Source: Octopus sinensis
Taxonomy: Eukaryota
DNA length: 64,000 nt
Direction: 5' to 3'
Assembly: GCF_006345805.1 (NCBI RefSeq)
Contig: NC_043007.1
Span: 25,296,001-25,360,000, forward strand
Shown here: positions 1 through 10,600 of the stretch, one piece after another
How positions within the stretch are numbered: position 1 is the stretch's first letter
Layout: every line of letters begins with the position of its first letter
The notes under the pieces: model-generated
What the model was told of the DNA's origin: nothing
The model's database searches: none
Seen by the model: the letters and a program-made list of their open reading frames with translations, nothing else
Made by a program: the position numbers and the translations under genes

Positions 1-247
1 AAGTAGCAAAACTGAACAATTTACACTTAGTTTCCTTTTAGAGATGGTTGTTGTTTGTCTTTTCATGGACTATTTTGAAAAGGAAGAACAACACTAGGAT
101 TATGATTTTTTTTTTTGCATGGCTTCCAAGACAGGAAGAGGAACAAAGAAACACATCAAGTGAACTTTCTTAAGCACACAGCCATTGCCAGTGCTTCCAT
201 GTACCTTGCAACAAAATTAATCACAGACCAGCAAACTGCAAGACTCT

Positions 248-633
248 CTTTTACTCTTTAACTTGTTTCAGTCATTTTGACTGCGGCCATGCTAGAGCAC
301 CGCCTTTAGTCGAGCAAATCGACCCCAGGATTTATTCTTTGTAAGCCTAGTACTTATTCTAGTGGGCTCTTTTGCCGAACCGCTAACTTACAGGAACGTA
401 AACAAACCAGCATCACTTCTCAAGTGATTTGGGGGGGGACGACAAACAGACACACAAATATATATATACATATATACGACGGGCTTCTTTCAGTTTCCGT
501 CTACCAAATCCACTCACAAGGCTTTGGTCAGCCTGAGACTATAGTAGAAGACACTTGCCCAAGGTGCCACACAGTGGGACTGAACCCAGAACCATGTGGT
601 TGGTAAGCAAGCTACTTACCACACAGCCACTCC
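248..633 (-). mobile_element. tRNA-derived SINE family B (CORE-like centre, internal TA/TG microsatellite; octopus OR-type)
   Basis: Head GGAGTGGCTGTGTGGTAAG...GGTTCAGTCCC (A/B box), CACCTTGGGCAAGTGTC core-like motif, tail GACTGAAACAAGTAAAAGAG; many copies in the window. Confidence 0.85.
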
Positions 634-788
634 TGCATCTATGAAACAAATTTTTTGGCCACAAAACTATACATGTACACTGTATGTTGCACTACAAAAA
701 TAATATATTTAGAAATCCCTTTAAAATATGGGTTAATCCAAATTTAAACTGGCATGAAATCAGAGAAAGGAACAGAATCAATAATTAC

Positions 789-922
789 ATTAAATGCCTG
801 TTGCATTTCATCAACTGTGAATCCAAGCTGGACCATTCCAGGAATAATGTATTCATGCATCACAGCTGTGTCTTTTTCACTTTCAAACATATCTAACATC
901 GTTTTGAAAGCTTTTAAGAAAC
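789..922 (-). CDS. LRPPRC: LRPPRC exon 14 (134 nt if the GTAATT donor at 788 is used; the reading frame otherwise runs to TAA at 746-744)
   Basis: gtattttcag| acceptor; FLKAFKTMLDMFESEKDTAVMHEYIIPGMVQLGFTVDEMQQAFN; the 3' boundary is inferred. Confidence 0.8.
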
Positions 923-1650
923 CTGAAAATACAAACAGAAAATAAGTTCAGATAATTAAATTGCAAAAAGAAAAGCGTAATAACCAAAGAAAATTACTTT
1001 AAAACCACCAACAGATCGTGGTCGTTGCCATCCTCCCCTGGCACATGTAAAAAACACCATCCATACGTGGTCGATGCCAGCGCCACCTTGACTGGCTTCC
1101 GTGCCAGTGGCACATAAAAAGCACCAACCGATCGTGGCTGTTGCCAGCCTCCCCTGGCATCTGTGCCGGTGGCACGTAAAAAGCACCCACTACACTCACA
1201 GAGTGGTTGGCGTTAGGAAGGGCATCCAGCTGTAGAAACACTGCTGCCAGATCAGACTGGAGCATGGTGCAGCCTCCTGGCTTCCCAGACCCCGGTCGAA
1301 CCGTCCAACCCATGCTAGCATGGAAAACGGACGTTAAACGATGATGATGATGATTGGGTTGTCTGGAAAGTTCGTGCTGATTTATAGCAGCTTACCTTTC
1401 GACTTATTTTAGAACATGGTTGAGTCCATAAAATAGGATTTGACTACACCTCCATTTAGAGCACAGTTTAAGCTATCTTTTCATGGAAGAAGGTTTATGT
1501 TCCAATAACCTGTGTTAATTCTGTAACCCTTTAAAATGGAAGATAAGAAAGTTCATTTTCGGCACTTGATGCTTTGGGAATCAGACAAAAATTGCTGTAG
1601 CTCGGCTAGGATGTGTTACTCCACCCTCCATATTTACCAGATACTGCTCC

Positions 1651-1685
<35 letters not shown>

Positions 1686-4600
1686 CTGTGTTTGTCCGCC
1701 CAATATCGCTTGACAACCGATGCTGGTGTGTTTACGTCCCCGTAACTTACCGGTTCGGCAAAAGAGACCGATAGAATAAGTACTAGGCTTACAAAGAATA
1801 AGTCCTGGGATCGATTTGCTCGACTAAAGGCGGTGCTCCAGCATGGCCACAGTCAAATGACTGAAGCAAGTAAAAAGAGTAAAGAGTAATCTGCATGCAT
1901 GTATGTATGTATGGATGGCTGGCTGGATGGTGTAATATACATACAACAAAAAACAAATTATGCTTAGCTAAACACCTTACCTTCCTTATTGTTACTTTCT
2001 GAAAATTGACAGAATGCTGGCCAAAAGAAGTGTTTCCTCACTGGAATGTTCTGTGTAGAAAAAGGAAAAAACATATAAAGCAACCATATCAAGAGGGGTC
2101 CTTATACTGGTAGAAAGCATAGAAACAAATGGATCCCTAATACATCTAAATGTCTCCCTTGTTCTTTTTATCAGAATTTATGTCCTTAATGATAATGGTT
2201 GTGTGGAAAGATGTTTCTTCTTCTTGTCTTCTTACAGCATTCACCCGGGGTGGGTTGAGCTGGCTTCATTAATCCTCAATGCTGCATCTCTCACAAACGC
2301 CGACCAGACCTGGCAATTTGAGGCTAACGACCACGTGATCTCCAACCACTCCTTATTCCAGCAGCAAACGCTGTAGATTTGGGGGCCTAGGTTGGGTTCC
2401 AGATCAGCCTTGACTGTCATCAACCAAGTTTTTCGTTGTCCACCACATCGCTTTTGCCAACCCTGAAGAGGAGCTGTGGAAATTGCTTCGTAGATGAATT
2501 CTCCTGGTTGACGACGGAGAGCATGACCCAGCCAAAGCAGACGTCTTGTTAGGATGACATGTTGTTTCTACTTCAGTGTCCATTTGTTCTAATTTAATTA
2601 AATTCTATGTCTTTGTGCAGCTGAAGATTGCTCTACATTTTAAATTGATGTAATGAAATGATTGCATTGTTCAATTAAATGGAGTCGCATGAAACGATCG
2701 TACTGCTTTACCTCTGGATGTCCTTGTTGCTTATATATATATATATATATATATATAAACATCCTATAATTATGAGTATAATTATAATTAGGGTTTAGCA
2801 AAATTTGCTTCACCACATACCGAAATTTAGAAATAGTAGTTTTTAACTGCTATTCTAAATTTCGGTATGTGGTGAAGCAAATTTTGCTGAACCCTAATTA
2901 TAATTACACTCATAATTATAGAATTTTTGTATAAGTTTACCGATAATGGTTCTTTTAACATACCGAACTACTTGGTAAAATTATTAATTAATTAATTGCT
3001 TTTATCCTTTATTATTATTATTATAATATATATATATATATATATGACGGGCTTCTTTCTATCTCCATCAACCAAATCCACTCACAAGACCTTGGTTGGC
3101 CCAAAGCTATAATAGAACACACCTGTCCACGATGCCATGCAGTAGGACTGAACTCGGGAAGAAAACTTCCCAATACACAGCCAATTCCTGCACCTATAAA
3201 GAATTATTTTACTAATTCTTTCTAAATTCTTCATTATTTTACCAAAGAATTTAAGTAAACATTTCATTAAAAAATATGGTCACAAAAGATTTAATATGAA
3301 GCACTTACAAGGCACTAAAGATGCAGGTTATAAAAATAAAATAAAGGAATGCTTTTCACTTACCTCAGCTGCTATTCTATTGATTAACTCCAAAGCAAAA
3401 TCTAGAAATAAAACAAAAATAAACAAAGTACTTCAGTTCTATATTTAAGAGATGAGGAATTATGTACATTATTTGCATCTGATGGATATTTGTCCTCATC
3501 ATGTTTGTTGTTAACACAACAATTCGACTGATATAACCTCCAGCCTTCATCAGGTGTCTTGGGGAAATTTTGAACCTGGGTTCTCATTCCTAAGGTATTT
3601 TTCAATGTTATTATTATTATTCAGGTCACTGTCTGGAATCGAACTCGGAATCTTGGGTTAGTAGCCCGCGCTCTTAACCACTATGCCATATGCTGAAACG
3701 TTGTGTTAACAACAAAGAAGATGAAGACAACTATCCATCAAATGTAAATAAAAATACTTGTTTTTATGAGTCAATCTTCATAGTTGAGGAAGTAACTAAA
3801 ACCATCTATAACTGAACAGGAACAAAATGATAATATAATTGTAGGAGAGATTATTTTTTTGTCACTGAGATTTTTCTTTCAAATGTGACTGAGAGATGTT
3901 TGTGTATCATATGATATGACATCATTGCTCATTTAACCAATCAAATAATGTGTATGAATGCAGTGTATTGTTGTTGTGTCCATGTGTGGTGAGTACATAA
4001 ATATTTGTGGTTCGTAGTGGATTTGTGCCAGTGACTATGTAAGTATAAGGGGGTTCCTCAAGAAAGGATATGTAAATAAATAGACAGATGGATGGATGAC
4101 AGCATGGAGAAAGCGACGTTAAAGGATAATGATGATGGCTGGTTCGTACAAATGCATATATACACACATACATATATATTTCTTTACTACCCACAAGGGG
4201 CTAAACACAGAGGGGACAAACAAGGACAGACAAAGGGATTAAGTCGATTACATCGACCCCCAGTGCGTAACTGGTACTTAATTTATCAACCCCGAAAGGA
4301 TGAAAGGCAAAGTCGACCTCGGCGGAATTTGAACTCAGAACGTAGTGGCAGACGAAATACTTATTTCTTTACTACCCAAAAGGGGCTAAACACAGAGGGG
4401 ACAAACAAGGACAGACAAAGGGATTAAGTCGATTACATCGACCCCCAGTGCATAACTGGTACTTAATTTATCAACTCCGAAAGGATGAAAGGCAAAGTCG
4501 ACCTCGGCGGAATTTGAACTTGGAACGTAACGGCAGACAAAATACGGCTACGCATTTCACCCGGCGTGCTAACGTTTCTGCCAGCTCACCGCCTTAAATA

Positions 4601-7600
4601 ATATAAGGTTTGCACATGTGTTTGTGTGTGTGATTGGATATCTACACATACATTAGGAACTTATATTACCTAAAGCAAAAGCATCAAGCTGGCAGAAACG
4701 TTAGCATGCCAGGCGAAATGCTTAGTTGTATTTCATCTGCTGCTACATTCTGAGTTCAAATTACGCCAAGGTCAACTCTGCCTTTCATCCTTTCGGGGTC
4801 GATTAAATAAGTACCAGTTATGCACTGGAGTCGATATAATCAACTTAATCCGTTTGTCTATCCCTTCTGTGTGTAGCCCTTTGTGGGTAGTAAAGAAATA
4901 GGTATTTCATCTGCCGCTACGTTCTGAGTCCAAATTCCGCTGAGGTCAACTTTGCCTTTCATCCTTTCGGGGTCAATAAATTAAATGCCAGTTACGCACT
5001 GGGGTCAATATCATCATCATCATCATCGTTTGATGTCCCTTCTCCATGCTAGCATGGGTTGGACGGTTCGACCGGGGATCTGGGAAGCCAGAAGGCTGCA
5101 CCAGGCTCAATCGACTTAATCTATTTGTCTGTCCTTGTTTGTCCCCTCTATGTGTAGCCCCTTGTGGGCAGTAAAGAAATAGGTATTTCATCTGCCGCTA
5201 CGTTCTGAGTCCAAATTCCGCCGAGGTCGACTTTGCCTTTCATCCTTTCGGGGTCGATAAATTAAGTACCAGTTACGCACTGGGGTCGATGTAATCGACT
5301 TAATCTCTTTGTTCATCCCCTCTATGTTTAGCTCCTTGTGGGCAATAAAAAAATAAAAATTGTTAGCATACCAGACAAAATGCTTAGTGACATTTCATTT
5401 TTCTTTACGTTTTGAGTTCAAATTCTGCCGAGGTCAACTTTACCTTTTATCCCTCTGGGGTCGATAAAATAAGTACCAATTCAACACTGGGGGTCAATGG
5501 AATTGACTTATCCCCTTACACCTAAACTTGCAGGTCTTGTGCCAAAAATTGAAATCAATATTAACTGAATCAAATAATATAATAAAAATCTTAATACATT
5601 TTTAATATGGATGTAAAATATGAACCATGTAAGAGTTATGAGCCTCTAACTTTAGGCTCAAGCATAAATAAAAGTTCTAAGTACAAGAGAGAAAAACAGA
5701 GAGAAAGAGAGTGTGTGTGTGTGTGTGTGTGTGTATGATAAGACATCATCATCATCGTTTAACGTCCGTTTTCCGTGCTAGCACGGGTTGGACGGTTCGA
5801 CCGGGGTCTGGGAAGCCAAGGACTGCACCAGGCTCCAGTCTGATCTGGCAGAGTTTCTACAGCTGGATGCCCTTCCTAACGCCAACCACTCTGCGAGGGT
5901 AGTGGGTGCTTTTTACGTGCCACCTGCACATATGCAAGATTTATCTGAAAGACACTACAACTATTTGTACAAAACTGAAGCAGGAACAATACATGATGAC
6001 ATGTAGCTGAATGAAGAGTCTGCATGTTCAACAATTACTTTCCTTACTGTAAACATATATTCAATAATAACTCGGTCCTTACCTGTCTTATTGTAAATAT
6101 ATGCCATCTGTGTGGGAAAACACAGATCGTCCTTGTTCCAGCCTTCATTTCTCATCCTGTCCACATACTCACACACTTTGTCCACTGACTGAAATATAAA
6201 ACAAAGTTGAGTGAGAGTGACTGCTCATAGAGGAGCTTGCCAGTTGTAGAGTAAGTGACTGCTTGTAGAGAGAGTGAGTGCAACTGGTCATAGAGCAAGT
6301 GTCTTCTTGTAAAGTGAGTGACTGCTTGTAGAGTGAGAGGGTGACTGGTTATAGAGTGAGAAAGTGACTGGCCATAGAGTGAAAAGGTGACCGGTTGAGG
6401 AGTGACAGAATGACCAGTTGTAGAGTGATAGCGACTGGCAATAGAATGAGATGGCGTCTGGTTGTAGAGTGACTGGCCGTAGAGTGAAAAGGTGACTGGT
6501 TGAAGAATGACAGAATGACCAGTTGTAGAGTGATAGCGACTGACAGTAGAATGAGAGGGTGGCTGGTTGTAGAGAGCAGATTGACCATGGCCAAAACAGA
6601 AGGAGAGGGTGATTGCTTGTAGAGTGAAAGAGTGACTGGTTGTAGAGTACAGATTGACCAGTTGTAGGAGAGGGTGATTGCTTGTAGAGAGAGAGAGGGT
6701 GACTGGTTATAGAGTGAAAAGCTGACTGGTTGAAGAGTGACAGAATGACCAGTTGTAGAGTGATAGCGACTGACAGTAGAATGAGAGGGTGGCTGGTTGT
6801 AGAGTGAGTGTGTGATCTGCTGTAGAGTGACTGGTTGTGGGAGTGTGAGAGAGTGACCAGTCATAGACAGTGTGACTGATTGTAGAGTGAGAGAGTGACC
6901 AGCTGCTGAACAAAAATGGGCATTCAAACAGATAAAAAGATGATTCAATGTATATTTTCATTTCTTTTACTCATTTATTATTATCTATCTTTACCACATT
7001 TTAGTTTAAAGACCAGGAGCAATACCTTGACCAATTTAATTGAAATCTGAGGGGGATAACATTGCTTTCAGCATTATATGCCACAATCAAAAGCACGAAA
7101 AGGGTCACTGTCCCCATCTCATACGGCTCTTGCGATCCAGGAGCAGTTGATTAAGAATTTTCACAATCATTTGATCTTCCTAGCTCTCCTGATTTAAACC
7201 GATGGGCTACTACACCTAAAGTACCATTAAGAGGAAGACAAACTAACAACCCCAACAACTCATTATAAAGACTACCATCAGGCCCAAATATTCTACCAGT
7301 TTTATATTCAAACTGACACAATCCAGCCTTTCACACTTACCCTACAATGCCATTCAAAGCAGAAATAGTCACAGGCTACAGTAGGACTGAACCTGGAACC
7401 ATGTAGTTGGGAAGCAAGCTTCTTATCACACAGCCACACCTGTTCATAATTACCTTGCACAAGCTGTATCTATTCTAAAACTGGGATTACACATTGTAAA
7501 CAAGAAAGGTTATACGTACCACCTCACTTTTCACAAGAGCACGAATGAAGAAACGGCCGAGTTGTAACTCATGGTCATCCTTTTGGAGTGGTTTGGGCAT

Positions 7601-10600
7601 CGCAGTGAAAACTTCAAAAGCTATTTGGTCATGGCCAAAACAGATCAATTGGTTGATCCAAGAAATAGCATCTTGGTTCCAGCTTCGGAATGATGACAGT
7701 TTTGGTATAAGCTTAACAAAAAATAAATAATAAATAAATAATTAAATACAGGAAACACAAAGAACATCAATTAAAATAAACTTAAAACAATATTCTGCAT
7801 CAATTATTATAACTGAATGTGGTATTTAAGGCTGCAGAAGGGAAGTAACTCCCAAACAGTACTAACAAGTGAATACAACCATTCAATAGAGACCACTACT
7901 ATTCACGTTGGCTTTGATTGGTCTGAGGCTATAGAAGAAGACACTTGTCCTAGGTGCCATGCAGTGGGACTGAACCTGAAACCATGTAGTTGGGAAGCAA
8001 ACATCTCAACCACACAGCCACGCCTGGAGATAATATGTCAGAAAAAGAAGACTAGGGTCTCTGTTCATATTGACCACAGTTCTTCACTTGTACACACAGG
8101 CCAAAGCAAAAGGTTTCATGGAAGACTGGCAGTTGCTCATACACTCTAGCGTCCCTTCTTCATGCCATTTGAAGTATATCCAAGGGAAAGTCTGTTGACT
8201 TGGGCCAATGTGACACGACTGGCAGTGCAGTGCTTCTGTCAGAATGCAAAGAGCCAAAACACACACCAGAAAGCAACCTTCTCATCCTTCTAATAACTCC
8301 ACAAATCCACTGCTCTGGATTGATACTTTTTCTTTACTGACTCTAAAAGGATGAAATGCCAAGTTGATTTTGGCTGAATTTGAACTTAGGTTGCAGAGAT
8401 TTGGAAACAATACTACAAAGCATTCTAACCAATGCTCTACTGACCCTGCCAATATACCTCTTTCTTTACTACCCACAAGGGGCTAAACACAGAGAGGACA
8501 AACAAACGGATTAAGTCGATTATATCAACCCCAGTGCGTAACTGGTACTTAATTTATCGACTCCGAAAGGATGAAAGGCAAAGTCGACCTCGGTGGAATT
8601 TGAAGTCAGAACGTAACAGCAGACAAAATACCGCTAAGCATTTCTCCCGGCATGCTAACGTTTCTGCCACCTCGCCGCCTTGACCCTGCCAATATACCAA
8701 TGAGTTTGTTCTGGAACCATATCACCATAATTTTTATCTTCTTTTTCTTCCCAGCTACTCCCACCTATCATTATATGAAGCAGGGTAGCCATATGTCTCC
8801 TCTAAAACAAGTAACCTGTGCTTGTCCCCCTACCATACGTTAGTCCCTCGATACTTGGCAGAAAGCTGCTTCCATCCTCTCAAATACTCCCACTACTTAA
8901 TCAAGGGAACAGTTTCCTGTTTCCCTTCTTGTTTTGTTTTGCAAGTTACCTGGCAATCTCATTTGTGCTAGCGGCAAGTAAAAAGAACCTAATACAAACT
9001 GTAAAGTACCCAGCCATGGAAACCATGCAAGTATGAAAAACAGACTGATGATAATATAATATATATTATATTATAATATAATGAAATTATTGTATACAGT
9101 GCTCAGGTGCACCACAACTTGTCAAAAGTGCGTATAAAGCATATGCAGTAATGTACAAATGTCTGGAAAGTGAACAGTGTATGAGTCAGATACATGCTTG
9201 CATGTGTATGGAGGGGAGAAAATCAGGTGTAGTGTTGGTGAATCTCAGAAAGCATGGGAGTTTTGAAGGATGCAGTGCTCCAACAACTAACAACAGTTTG
9301 TTCCATGCTTCAGCAACTCTTAGCGTGAAAAAATGTTTCCTGAAGTCATGGGAGCTGTGCTGTTTTCTGACTTTGTAAACATGTCCATGGGTGTTAGACA
9401 GGTGGAGTTTGAAAAGGTGCTCAGAGTTATTGTTGGTAAGATGGCTAATAATTTTATGGGTGTCTGCCAGGTCAGCTGCCAGACGTCGGAGTTTCAATGT
9501 ATCCATGCCCAGGGAAGTAAGGCATTCAGAATGATGACAAGATAGTTATTAGTGAAATGCCAGGATGGTTATTGCTGGAACACCTGTGAAAACAGTGGAA
9601 CCACAACACATTGATACATAGGTGTAACTGACCTTTGATGCCATTTCTTGCTGATTGTTTTGAGCCATTTCAAAGATTAACCTCAGAAGGACAAAAGGAC
9701 GGACAAGAATTCCATCATCCTCAGCTTCTTGCAGAATCTACAAAACATAATAGAAATATTTCATAACAAAAAAAATCGAAAAATTGGAGGATTATCACTA
9801 TTATTATAAAACAACGTTGGAAAATTTTTTTTAAATTAAAAGGAAGAGAAATCACAATTATTGATAGGGTCATTAGAGGGCCAGGAGGAGGAGGTTGTGG
9901 TGGCGGCGACAATGACAACAAGATGAAACAAAAAAAAAAACGATCAAATTACAAAATAGTCTTACTTTCTCAACATGTTCTCCTTGGCCTTGTTCAATGT
10001 AACCACAAGCAAGAGCAACGTAGGTATCACAACTTGGTTCCAATCCAGCAGTTCTGAAGATTAAAAAATTAAGATAAGTTGTCACATAATATATATATAG
10101 ATATATATCATCATCATCATCATCATCATCGTTTAACGTCCGTTCTCCATGCTAGCATGGGTTGGACGGTTCAACCAAGGATCTGGGTAGCCAGAAGGCT
10201 GCACCAGGCTCCAGCCTTATCTGGCAATGTTTCTACAGCTGGATGCCCTTCCTAACGCCAACCACTCTGTGAGTGTAGTGGGTGCTTTTTACGTGCCACC
10301 TGCACAGGTGCCAGGCGAGGCTGGCAATGGCCACGGTGGGATTGGTGTATTTTATGTGCCACCGGCACGGAAGCCAGTCGAGGCAGTGCTGGCATCGGCC
10401 ACGAGTCGGATAGTGCTTTTTACGTACCACCAGACCAGGGATCCTGGCTGGTTCAATTCGATTTCGATTGCCCCAACATGTCTTCGCAAGCAAAGGGGGT
10501 TGGCATGGGTGCCTGTCGTACGGTCGGATTGGTGTATTTTACGTGCCACCGGCACGGAAGCCAGTGGAGGTGGCGCTGGCATCAGCCACGAGTCGGATAG

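Noticed and set aside
1391-1530. Minus-strand AG|GTAAG donor at ~1396 as an extra LRPPRC exon
   Set aside because: Stops in the required frame; exons 13 and 14 already join in phase with continuous homology.
8940-9000. Possible minus-strand exon with TTTACAG acceptor and GTAACT donor
   Set aside because: 49 nt would shift the frame between phase-0 exons 9 and 10, and there is no similarity to LRPPRC.
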